Assembly: GCF_004010195.1 (NCBI RefSeq)
Contig: NC_057756.1
Coordinates: forward strand, 5,028,805-5,064,599
Direction: 5' to 3'
Source: Chiloscyllium plagiosum
Lineage: Eukaryota
Length of the DNA: 35,795 nucleotides
Part shown: positions 9,796 to 20,225 of the stretch, one piece after another
Position numbering within the stretch: the stretch's first letter is position 1
How the letters are laid out: each line of letters starts with the position of its first letter
Program-made: the position numbers and the translations under genes
The notes under the pieces: model-generated
What the model saw: only the letters and a program-made list of their open reading frames with translations
The model's database searches: none
What the model was told of the DNA's origin: nothing

Positions 9796-10572
9796 AGAAC
9801 ATCAAACATAGAACATCCCAGAGCAGTTACAGGCCCTTCGGCCGACCTGTGGAACCAATCTGAGGCCCATCTAACCTACATTATTCCATTTTCATCCATA
9901 TGTCTATCCAATTACCATTTAAATGCCCTTAAAGTTGGTGAGTCTTCTCCTGTTGCAGGCAGGGTGTTCCTTGCCCCTACTAACCTGAGTAAAGAAACTA
10001 CCTCTGACATCTGTCCTGTATCTATCACCCCTCAATTTAAAGCTATGTCCCCTCGTGCTGGCCATCACCATCCGAGGAAAAAGGCTCTCACTGTCCACCC
10101 TATCTAACTCTCTGATTATCTTATATACCTCAATTAAGTCGCCTCTCAACCTTCTTCGCTATAACAAAAACAGCCTCCAGTCACTCAGCCTTTCCTCATC
10201 CAACCTTCTCTCCATACCAGGCAACATCCTAGTAAATCTCCTCTGAACCCTTTCCAAAGCTTCCGCATCCTTCCTAGAATGTGGTGACCAGAATTGCAGG
10301 CAATACACCAGTCTGGCCGCACCAGAATTTTGTACAGCTGCAGCATGACCTCATGGTTCTAAAACTCAATTCCTCTACTAATAAAAGCTAGCACATCATA
10401 TGCCTTCTTAACAACTCAATCGACTTGGGTGGCAACAATCAGGGATCTATATACCTGGACACCGAGATCTCTCTGTTTATCGACGCTCCAAGAATTTTAC
10501 CATTAGCCCTGTACTCTATATTCCTGTTGCTCCTTCCAAAGTGAATCACCTCACACTTTTCCACATTAAACC
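9796..10572 (-). mobile_element. CR1 LINE 3' ~780 bp, inserted within an older SINE (pieces 9670-9795 and 10575-10835)
   Basis: ORFs 9919-10149 and 10439-10627 (FNVEKCEVIHFGRSN; RGDLIEVYKI), tail agaacatcaaacatagaacat. Confidence 0.88.
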
Positions 10573-10839
10573 CCATAATGATGAATGATGACCACCAGTC
10601 AATTGTATTTGTACCAGCCTCCATCACTTAGGACAGTTACTGCTGCTCCTGGAATTTGAGCAAATTGTCTCCAATACCTCAAAAAGGAGCAACTCTTCCA
10701 GTCACAATTTTTTTTCCCATCCTCCATCTTGGATTACCCAGAATCCTCATTGTTGAGGAGAAACCCCTGAATGTCCTTTCAGGAGGGAAACTACCATCCA
10801 TACCTGACTGGGCCGAGATGTAACTCCAGACCCGCAGTG

Positions 10840-11490
10840 TCAGAGAGCCATCCAGCACAGAAACAGACCCTTCGGCCCAAACAGTTCGTGCTGACCACAA
10901 TCCCAAACTAAACTAATCCCAGCTGCCTGNNNNNNNNNNNNNNNNNNNNNNNNNNNNNNNNNNNNNNNNNNNNNNNNNNNNNNNNNNNNNNNNNNNNNNN
11001 NNNNNNNNNNNNNNNNNNNNNNNNNNNNNNNNNNNNNNNNNNNNNNNNNNNNNNNNNNNNNNNNNNNNNNNNNNNNNNNNNNNNNNNNNNNNNNNNNNNN
11101 NNNNNNNNNNNNNNNNNNNNNNNNNNNNNNNNNNNNNNNNNNNNNNNNNNNNNNNNNNNNNNNNNNNNNNNNNNNNNNNNNNNNNNNNNNNNNNNNNNNN
11201 NNNNNNNNNNNNNNNNNNNNNNNNNNNNNNNNNNNNNNNNNNNNNNNCTATAAGGTCACCCCTCAGCCTCCGACGCTCCAGGGAAAACAGCCCCAGCCTG
11301 TTCAGCCTCTCCCTGTAGCTCAAACCCCCCAACCCTGGCAACATCCTTGTAAATCTTTTCTGAACCCTTTCAAGTTTCACAACATCATTCCGATAGGAAG
11401 GAGACCAGAATTGCACGCGATATCCCAACAGTGGCCTAACCAGTGTCCTGTACAGCCGCAACATGACCTCCCAACTCCTGTACTCAATGA
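10840..11490 (-). mobile_element. HER1/CR1 LINE 3' fragment spanning a gap
   Basis: ORF 10913-11464 LYRTLVRPLL..LERVQKRFTRMLPGL..RRLRGDLI. Confidence 0.88.
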
Positions 11491-11514
11491 TCTTTCTTCA
11501 ATCTTTCTCCTCTC

Positions 11515-12420
11515 ATCTCGGCCCATTCTTATCTGTATCAACGATTTGGATGAGAATGTATGAGACTTGATTATAAAGTTTGCAGATGTCACTCGAATAG
11601 ACGGTATCGTGGACAGTGAGGAAGGTTCTCAGAAATTGCAGCAGAACCTTGGTCAGCTGGGGAAGTGGGCCTGGAAATGGCGAGTGGGGTTTAATGTAGA
11701 TAGGTGTGAGGTCTTGCAAGTTTGGAAAGCCGAATCAAGGTAGGGCCTGGTGAATGGTAGGGCCTGAGGGAGTGTAGTGGAACAGTTCAGGTTCTCAGTT
11801 CTCTGAAAGTGGTGTCACAAGTAGACAGGGCAGTGAAGAAGGCTTTAGGCCTTCAGGGCACTGAGTATAGAAGTTGGGAAGTTATGCTGCAGTTAGACCG
11901 GACGTTGGTGAGGCCGCACTTGGAGTATCGCGTTCAGGTTTGGTCACCTTGCTACAGGAAGGATGTTATTAAACTGGAAAGAGCGCAGAAGGAATTTGCA
12001 AGGATGTTGCCTGGACTCAAGTTATCGGGAGAGGTTGGATAAGCTAGGACATTTATCTTGAGCACCGAGAGGGAGATATAGAAGTGTGTAAGAACACGAG
12101 AGGCATGGAGAGGGTGAATGCACTCAGTCTTTTTCCCAGGGTTGGGGAATCGAGGATGAGTTTAAGGTTAGAGGGGAAAGAATAAAAGGGAACCTGAGGG
12201 GTAACTATTTTACACAGAGGGTGGTGCACATATGGAATAAATTGTGGGGTTGAGGCAAATATTAACAACATTTAAAAGGCATTTGGATGAAGACATGGAT
12301 AGGAAAGGGTTAGAAGGGTGTGGGGTCAAGTGCAGGGAAATGGGATTAACTTGGGTTGGTATTTTGGTCAGCATGGACTAGTGTGGGCCAAAGGCTGTCT
12401 TCAAGCTGTAGGTCTCTGTG
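11515..12420 (+). mobile_element. CR1 LINE 3' ~900 bp
   Basis: atcaacgatttggatgag...aagtttgcagatg (INDLDE..KFAD), ORF 11809-12042, CR1 tail gggccaaagg. Confidence 0.88.
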
Positions 12421-12444
12421 ACTCGATGGCACCTTGCCGCCTTG

Positions 12445-13135
12445 CCACCTAGTCTTCAAATCCCCCTCCCTCAAGAAAAGACATCTGCCATTCGCCTTAT
12501 CTGAACCCCTCACAACTTTATAAACCTCGATAAGGTCACCCCTCAACCTCCTACGCTCCAGTGAAAAGAAACCCCTCTCCCCACAACCCTAACCTTCCAT
12601 ACCCTGCAACATCCAGGTAAATCTCTCCTGAGCTCTCTCCAGCATCATAATATTCTTCCTGTATCAAGGAGATCAGAACTGGACACAGTATTCCAGATGG
12701 ATATGGATGTAGGTTTGTTCACTGAGCTGAAAGGTTCATTGTCAGATGTTTTGTCACCATACTAGGTAACATCTTCAGTGGCCATGTCAGAGTGGTGCTG
12801 GAAAAGCACAGCAGGTCAGGCAGCAGCCGAACAGCAGGAAAATCGACGATTCGGGCAAAAGCCCTTCATCAGGATTGAAGCTGGGAGCCTCCGGTGTGGA
12901 GAGATAAATGGGAGGGGGGGGGGGGGCTGGAGAGAAGGCAGCTGGAAGTGCAATAGGTAAGGGGTAAAGGTGTACAACCTCAATGTGACATCCCAATCCC
13001 TGTACTCAAAGGTCTGAGCAATGAAGGCAAGCATGTAAACTCCTTCTTAACCATCCCGTCTACCCCGACGCACGCTGCAAAGAATTATGTACCTGAACCC
13101 CTAGGTCCCTCTGTTCTACGGCACTACCCAAGTGG
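12445..13135 (-). mobile_element. CR1 fragment interrupted by two Penelope-like terminal pieces (12700-12785 and 12786-12960)
   Basis: ORF 12346-12546 RGDLIEVYKV and MLAFIAQTFEYRDWDVTLRLY; the intervening pieces match PLE termini. Confidence 0.75.
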
Positions 13136-13700
13136 TTGACCCTTAACTCACAGGGCAATAACTGTTGGCCTAGCCAGCAACACCCTTAGCTTGTGAATGT
13201 GTTAAAAAGAGAACATTGCCAGCTGTCTATCGATATGGATACACTACCCTAGATCTCAGCTGCTTCTGTTTTATTTGTTAATCTCGTTGGTCGGTCCTTA
13301 TCCGAACCTTCCAAGTAAACCACACCCTGCTTATCAATTCTACTACTGACATTTTCAAAACTTCCCCAGTAGATTTGTCAAGCATGAATTCCCTTTTGTA
13401 AACCCACGCTGATTCTATCGCTGATCCTGCCACTGATTTTGAAAGAACCGTGTTCTTGTGAGGGTAAAGAGCAAGGATTGGCAGGAACTGGGTTCCCCAG
13501 GTGACAAGAGATAGTGAGGCTTTGACCAGAGAAAAGAAGGAGGCGTGACTCAGGTCCAGGCAGCTGGGATCAAGCGTATCCCTGGAGATATACAGGGAAT
13601 ACAGGAGGTGACTGAGGAAGGAAATCAGGAGCGTGAAAAGCAGGGCACAAGATAGCTTTGGGGAAAGATTATGGGGAATCCAGAGAGGTTCGTTAAGTAT

Positions 13701-14008
13701 GATTAGATTACTTACAGCGTGGAAACAGGCCCTTCGGCCCAACAAGTCCACACCGACCCTCCGAAGAGCAACCCACCCAGACCCATTCCCCTACACCCAA
13801 CACTACGGGACAACTCAGCACGGCCAATTCACCCTGACCTGCACATCTTTGGAGTGTGGGAGGAAACCGGAGCACCCGGAGGAAACCCACGCAGACACGG
13901 GGGAGAATGTGCAGGCAGTCATACAGGCAGTCGCCTGAGGTGGGAAATGAACCCGGTTCCCTGGCGCTGTGAGGCAGCAGTGCTAACCACTGTGCTACCG
14001 TGCCGCCC
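13701..14008 (-). mobile_element. Full-length HE1-type SINE (left arm of inverted pair)
   Basis: Tail gattagattac; head ends ...gtgccgccc at 14008. Confidence 0.92.
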
Positions 14009-14016
14009 ATGTTAAA

Positions 14017-14337
14017 GGGCGGCATGGTGGCACAGTGGTTAGCACTGCTGCCTCACAGCACCAGAGACCCGGGTTCAATTCCCGCCTCAGGCGACTGACT
14101 GTGTGGAGTTTGCACGTTCTCCCCGTGTCTGCGTGGGTTTCCTCCGGGTGCTCCGGTTTCCTCCCACACTCCAAAGATGTGCAGGTCAGGTGAATTGGCC
14201 ATGCTAAATTGCCTGTAGTGTTAGGTAAGGCGTAAATGTAGGGGCATGGGTGGGTTGCGCTTTGGCGGGTCGGTGTGGAGTTGTTGGGCCGAAGGGCCTG
14301 TTTCCACGCTGTAATGTAATCTAAAATCTGATCTAAA
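14017..14337 (+). mobile_element. Full-length HE1-type SINE (right arm of inverted pair)
   Basis: A box TGGCACAGTGG 14028-14038, B box GGTTCAATTCC 14072-14082, tail gtaatgtaatctaaaatc. Confidence 0.93.
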
Positions 14338-15549
14338 AACTCGAGAGAGATGGGACCCCTCAAGGACCAAAGTGGACCTTTGTAGAAACACAGGAGGTGG
14401 ATGAGGTGGTCAATGAACATTTCTCCTCGGTGTTTACCATGGAGAAAGACATGAAGACTTGAGAAGCTAGTGGTGATATCTTGGGGGACAGTCCATGTCA
14501 CAGTGAAGGAGGTGTTGGACATATTAGAATGTACAAAGGTGATTAAATCTGACCAGATATATCCAAGAACACTACAAAGAAGCTAGAGAAGAAATTGCTG
14601 ATATTTCTGCGTCGTCATTAGCCACGGGTGAGGGCCCGGAAGACTGGAGGGTAGCGAATGTTGCGCCCTTATTCAAGAAGGCGCTGCAAAGGGAAACCTA
14701 GGAACTGTACGTTTAACATCTGCGATGGGTGAGGTACTTGAGAAAATTCTGAGGGGCAAGATATATAATGCATTTAGAAATACAAGGTTTGATTAGGAGT
14801 CATCAGCATGGCTTTGTGAGTGGGAGATCATGCCTGACAAAACTCAGTAGGTCTGGCAGTGTCCGTGAAGAGAAATCAGAGCTAACCTTTCAGGTCCAGT
14901 GACCCTGCCTCACAACTGACGTTTAAGTGCCCTGTTGTTAAATCTTTTCCAATCCACATTTTGACCCACTACTGAAGTCAGGCTGACTGCTCTAAAACTG
15001 CCTGTTTTCTCTCTCCCTTGTTTGTTTTTTGAAGAATTTAAGTCTGTTTCTCTTTTCGATTATTCTGGCTGACCCAGTACACGCACGGTTACAAACTACA
15101 CCCATGGTCTGAACGAAAGTTTAAACAAAATCAACACCAGACCTGCAGAAACTGTTCAGTGCCTCTCGGTAATGGAAAGTTGTCAGAATATCAGAGCATG
15201 TCTTTCATCACAACTGCCAGTATCTTAAAGCCATTGAGTTTTGATGTTCTTATAAACTATACGATGGAATGATAACAGTCAAGATAAAACTCGCGCAAAG
15301 CTTAAAGAATTTCACAACTCACTGGGAGCGTGGCTGAATGCTTAACACATTGTCCCCAGAACGTTCAAGAGATACCTTTCAGAATACTGTGGGTCTGCCC
15401 AGATTCAGAGCACCCCTTCCTCTCCGACGCAAACACCAGGGAAAATAAATCTCCCCGCAGTTCACCCAATTGTCACGCGTGAAGAAAGATTTTTGCAGGA
15501 GCTTTTAAGAGCTGGACGCTTTCCAAACAACAAATTCTTTCAGGGGATT

Positions 15550-16218
15550 GAGTGGGCACTTGCCCACTCCAAGATGGCCGCCGACAGAGCAGGCAGTGTC
15601 CAGATTTCTGAGCCCAGGTCTCGTACCGGTCTCATTGCTTTTTCTTTCTTCTTTCTTTCACTCCTTTTTAAAGATTTTTTATTTTTCTTTTTACTTCTTT
15701 CTTCAGAGAGCTTGATCTAGGAGGCAGAGGTGGTGAAGGGGTGTGGCAGTGATTGTGGCCCAGTGGTCACCAAGATGGCTGTCAGTGCCATAGCAACTGG
15801 CGAACCTGGCTGGGACTCGGCCCAGCTGAGTGAAAGGACACTCAGCCAGGGCGAAGGTGTGCCTAGCGTGGGTGAATGCGTGCCCAGCCCAGGCGAAAGT
15901 ATGCCTAATGTGGGTGAAAGTGTGCCCAGCCCAGGTGAGAGCGAGTCCAATTCCATGGAGAGTGAGTGCCCGTGAGGGTAACCCAGCGTGGGTGAGTGCG
16001 AGCCCATTGCTTTGGAAAGAATCGAAATGTTTCACTTTTAAGTTGCTTTCCTTATCTTTCAAATAAGGCTTCCAAATTATTTCTTTTCTTTCTGACTTTG
16101 GTACCTAAGAATCTGTCCCTCGGTACCGCTGTGCACAAGATGGCGTTGGGAATGGTGAAATTGTGCATTTTTCACTGTACAGCTGTACTTGAGTGTGCAG
16201 GACAATAAACCCTAAATC
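15550..16218 (+). mobile_element. Putative non-autonomous retroposon with internal 21-bp repeats and Rex1/Babar-like 3' tail
   Basis: 5' CAAGATGGCCGCC, T-rich tract, alternating 21-mers at ~15838-15945, 3' ttttcactgtac...gacaataaac. Confidence 0.5.
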
Positions 16219-16439
16219 GAGTTTTCAGTCGGTCTGTCGTTGGGCACGCCTGGATGTGAACTCAGATCTCCAGGCCCAGGAATAGAACTACCACAGCCTG
16301 CAATCCCCCCAGTGCTGCGAATGGGTTATATTCTGGACAAGTCGACTTGTTACACAAAATCGTAAAGCAACTTCAGGCAGCGTAAAGCAGCCAGTCGTAA
16401 GATATTTGTAGGTCAGGTGTTAGGAATTACCCTCCCTTT

Positions 16440-16885
16440 TGTGCTTTCATATGTCGGACGGTCATGAATATGGGGATTGTTTGAGGACTCTGGATCTATA
16501 CTCAATGGAGATTAGAAGGATGAGGGGTGGTGTGATTGAAACTTACAGAGTACCGAATGTTGGGAAGATGGTTCCATTGTTCGGAGAGTCTGGGATCCAA
16601 GTGCAACGCCCTAGAGTAAAGAGAAGACCTTTTAGAATGGAGATAAGGAGAAACTTTTGCAGCCAGAGAGTGGTGAATCTGTGGGATTCACTGCCACAGG
16701 AGGCTGGGGAGGCCTGGTCGTTGAGTATATTTAAGACTGAGATGGATAGGTTCTTAAGTATCAAGCGTCATGGGGAGAAAGCGGGAGAGGGGGGAGTTGA
16801 GAAACTGTATCAGCCATGATTGGATGGTGGAGCAGTTCGACAGGCTGAATGGCCGAATTTCTGCTCCTCTGTCTCACGGTCTTAA
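16440..16885 (+). mobile_element. CR1 3' fragment
   Basis: ORF 16439-16819 (RRMRGGVIETY...RRNFCSQRVVNLWDSLPQ) and tail ggctgaatggcc. Confidence 0.88.
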
Positions 16886-17679
16886 AAATCAGGGACCCCC
16901 TTTAAAAAGCCTATCCCCTAGACGTGCGGGTGGCTGTTTTAAGAGGCAGTCACATTGCTGCGGGTTTGGAGTCACGTGTAGGCCGCATTAGCAAAGGATT
17001 GCGTGTGAACGGCCCAGCCGGGATTTGACAGCAATGGCTGACAGATCTGTCTCGGTCGCCGTCACTGAGATGAGCTTGGCATTCCGCAGTTACTCGTTGG
17101 ACTCACCCAGAGCTGCGTTACAAATAGCCCACCCCTTCCCGCAGTGCGAGCGACCATTCTGGGTAACCGGTACCCACAGGTCTGTCAGTGCCATTGCTCT
17201 GGGCGCGGTTAACGGCCCATTGGCACTGCCATGGGCGGGGGGGGGGTGAATGCGGGATCTTCAGCTCGACCTCGCTCCTTCCTCTGCGTGGGGGGATTTA
17301 GGAACCTGGTCAAACCAAGGTTGGAACCTCCTCCCGCATGCCTCACGAGCTGGGTCGCAGAGTGCCATTGACCGATCGCAAGGAACTGAGCACGAGCCAC
17401 ATCAGAGCAAAGGGGGAGAGCGTGGATTTCTTTCCGAAAGGGAGGAGCTGACAGAATAAGGAGCGCTGGGTTGGTGAACCACAATGGGAAAGACAAACAA
17501 ATAATTTTTAAAAACTCAAAAAATGTCTGTTCTCATTCCGGGGAGTGGTAATTGAAAAGTGGTCAGGTTAGATAGGTTAAATAAAACTCTGGTTAGACTA
17601 TACCCCGGGCTCCAAGATGGCTGGTGTGGCTCAGTTGATGATAGAGAAAGTGTGTTCTGTTGTATAGCTGATTAGTATT

Positions 17680-18757
17680 AGTACAGTGTGAAAGCAGCCC
17701 TATGCGACCCCTCTGACTCTCCAAAGAGCGACCCACCTACCCTATCCCTGTAACCCTGCATTTCCAATTGTTAATCCACCGAGCCCACACATCTCTGGAC
17801 GCTATGGACAATTTGGCAGAGCCAATCCACCTAACCTGCACATAGAGTAGTAGAGATGTACAGCATGGATACAGACCCTTAGGTCTAACTCGTCCATGCC
17901 GACCAGATAGCCTAAATTAATCTAGTTCCATTTGACAGCACTTGGCTCATATCCCTCCAAACCCTTCCTATTCATATACCCATCCAAATGCCTTTTAAAT
18001 GTTGCAATTGTACCAGCCTCCACCACATCCTCTGGCAGCTCATTCCACACACGTACCACCCTCTGGGTGAAAAGGTTGCCCCTTAGGTCTCTTTTATATC
18101 CTGCCCCTCTCACCCTAAACCTATACCCTCTAGTTCTGGACTCCCCGACCCCAGGAAAAAGACGTTGTCTATTTACCCTATTCATGCCTCTCATAATTTT
18201 GTAAACTTCTATAAAGTCACCCCTCTGCCTCTGACGCTCCAGGGTAAACAGCCCCAGCCTGTTCAGCCTCTCCCTGTAGCTCAGATCCTCCAACCCTGGC
18301 AACATCCTTGTAAATCTTTTCTGAACCCTTTCAAGTTTCACAACATCTTTCCGATAGGAAGGAGACCAGAAATTAAGTGTATAAGTCCTGCTAAGATTTG
18401 CTTTCCCAAAATGCAGCACCTCGCATTTATCTGAATTAAACTCCATCTGCCACTTCTCAGCCCATTGGCCCATCTGGTCCAGATCCTGTTGTAATCTGAG
18501 GTAACCCTCTTCGCTGTCCAATACACCTCCAGTTTTGGTGTCATCTGCAAACATACTAACTATACCTCCTGTGTTCACATCGGAATCACTAATATTAATG
18601 ACGAAAAGCAGGATTGGGGGAGGGGGGAGTCAGAGCACCCAGAGGAAACCCACGCGGACATGAGGAGAACGTGCAAACTCTACACGGGCAGTCACCCCCA
18701 AGACTGGAATCGAACCCAGGTCCCTGGCACTGTGAGGCAGCAGTGCTAGCCACTGGG
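17680..18757 (-). mobile_element. HE1-type SINE (3' part 17680-17842, head 18630-18757) split by an internally deleted HER1/CR1 insertion (17843-18610)
   Basis: ORF 17922-18578 joins SMFADDTK...KCEVLHFGKANLSRTYTLN directly to FWSPSYRKD; SINE halves flank it. Confidence 0.85.
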
Positions 18758-18809
18758 CCTTCCCAATCTATTTCCTGGGTCTTAAGTCTCTGGCCCCTTG
18801 GTTATTGAT

Positions 18810-18973
18810 TAGATTAGATTAGATTAGATTAGATTAGATTACATTACATTACAGTGTGGAAACAGGCCCTTCGGCCCAACAAGTCTGCACCGACCCGCCG
18901 AAGCAAAACCCACCCATACCCCTACATTTACCCCTTACCTAACACTACGGGCAATTTAGTATGGCCAATTTAG
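18810..18973 (-). mobile_element. 5'-truncated HE1-type SINE with (AATCT)n tail and 7-bp TSD
   Basis: TATTGAT at 18803-18809 and 18974-18980 flanks the insert; near-identical to 957-1090. Confidence 0.88.
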
Positions 18974-19224
18974 TATTGATCCCTCTGCTAAGGGGAAACA
19001 TTTCTTCTTGTCTGTCCTGACCCTCATAATTTTGCAGATGTTATTCGGCCTTCTGAATTTCTGTAGATACCTGATGACCGGTGGGGTACATGTTCTTGGG
19101 GACAGAGTGGGTCAAATTCAGCGATGTGTTCGCTCGACAGGCTCAAGGCCCACTTGTGTTCCGATGTCCCTTCTCTCCTGTGAGGGAAACGAGTGGGGAT
19201 ACTTGGTTCCGTGGGCACAGCCTT

Positions 19225-19505
19225 GGAATGAGAGGCCGTTGATTTAGAACAGAAATCAGGAGACGTTTCTTCAGCCAGACAGTGGTGGGTCTGTGGAATT
19301 CATTGCCACGGAGCACAGTGGAGCCTGGGACATTAAATGTCTTCAAGGCAGAGATTGATAAATTCTTGATCTCGCAAGGAATTATGGGCTCTGGGGAGAG
19401 CGCGGGTAAGTGACGTTGAAATGCCCATCAGTCATGCTTGAATGGCGGAGTGGACTCGATGGGCCGAATGGCCTTATTTCCACTCCTATGTCTTATTGTC
19501 TTATG
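19225..19505 (+). mobile_element. CR1 3' end
   Basis: ttcttcagccagacagtggtgggtctgtggaattcattgcca...gatgggccgaatggcc...tatgtcttattgtcttatgg. Confidence 0.85.
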
Positions 19506-19694
19506 GTCCCAGCCTTATCCAGCCTCAGCTCATAACTGAATCATTCCATCCCAGGCCACATCCTGATGGATCGCTTCTGCATCGCTCCGTCCAGTGCAAA
19601 TACATCCTTCCAACTGTATCGCGATCCGAACTGTGGCCGAACTAACCTCTTACACAGCTCCATAAATCTGGAATGAACTATCCAGCTTGTGAGA

Positions 19695-20005
19695 GGCAGA
19701 GAGTCCTACCGCACAGAAACAGACCCTTCGGCCTAACCAGTCCGTGCTGACCACAATCCCAAACTAACCCAGTCCCAACTGCCTGCTCCTGGCCCATATC
19801 CTTCCAAACATTTCCTATTCATGGCCTTATCCAAATGTGTGTGAAACGTTGTAACTGTCCCCACATCCACCACTTCCTCAGGAAGGTCAATCTTATGTAA
19901 AAGTGTTGTCCCTCATGATCTTTCCAAATCTTTCTTCTCTCACCGTAACAGTATGCCCCCCCCCCAGTTTCAAACTCCCCCACTCTAGGGAAAAGACCCT
20001 TATGC
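19695..20005 (-). mobile_element. HER1/CR1 3' end with deletions
   Basis: gcacagaaacagacccttcggc...cctgctcctggcccatatcc...ccccactctagggaaaagacc. Confidence 0.8.
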
Positions 20006-20064
20006 AAGGTTTCTCTCACGTTCTCTCTCTCTCTCTCACACATGTTTTCTCTTTTCTTTGCAAG

Positions 20065-20225
20065 GTTTGTGAAGGTTTGTAGCTCAGGTTGAGGTTTCGG
20101 GTGTAGGTTTGCTCGCTGAGCTGTCGGTTTGATATCCAGACGTTTCATTCCCTGGCTCGGTAACATCATCAGTGGCGACCTCCAAGTGAAGCGAAGCTGT
20201 TGTCTCCTGCTTTCTATTTATATGT
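20065..20225 (-). mobile_element. Second Penelope-like terminal family with hammerhead core (related copy at 12700-12785)
   Basis: gtaggtttgctcgctgagctg...ccagacgtttc...ggtaacatcatcagtgg is shared with 12708-12781. Confidence 0.65.
20136..20175 (-). ncRNA. Minimal type I hammerhead ribozyme motif (putative)
   Basis: Minus strand: CCA CUGAUGA uguuacc-gagcca-gggaau GAAAC GUC UGG. Core intact, helix I CCA/UGG, imperfect helix II. Confidence 0.55.

Larger units (their letters stand above)
13485..14840 (+). mobile_element. CR1 ORF2 fragment (tether to RT start), split by two SINEs
   Basis: ...ggggaatccagagaggttcgttaagtat | SINE pair | aactcgagagagatgggacccctcaaggacc...; gactggagggtagcgaatgttgcgcccttattcaagaagg (DWRVANVAPLFKK); cagcatggcttt (QHGF). 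Confidence 0.85.

Noticed and set aside
14017..14090. tRNA-like A/B boxes (also at other SINE heads)
   Set aside because: These are tRNA-derived SINE heads continuing into the SINE body, not tRNA genes.
15178..15215. Minus-strand AGTTG-TGATGA...CTGA..CTGA-CAACT resembling a box C/D snoRNA, with TTTATAAG ~35 nt upstream
   Set aside because: Only 38 nt, no room for guides, the stem register lacks the 3-nt K-turn bulge, and the surrounding sequence looks like a decayed SINE.
15293..15302. Minus-strand AGCTTTGCGC identical to the U4 snRNA 5' end
   Set aside because: The match stops after 10 nt; no U4 body or Sm site.
17596..17672. AGACTATAC (U3-like start), GGCTGGTGTGGCTCAGTTG (tRNA/vault A-box-like) and TGATGA..CTGA
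   Set aside because: No B box, cloverleaf or terminator, and the C-D spacing is too short; chance matches.
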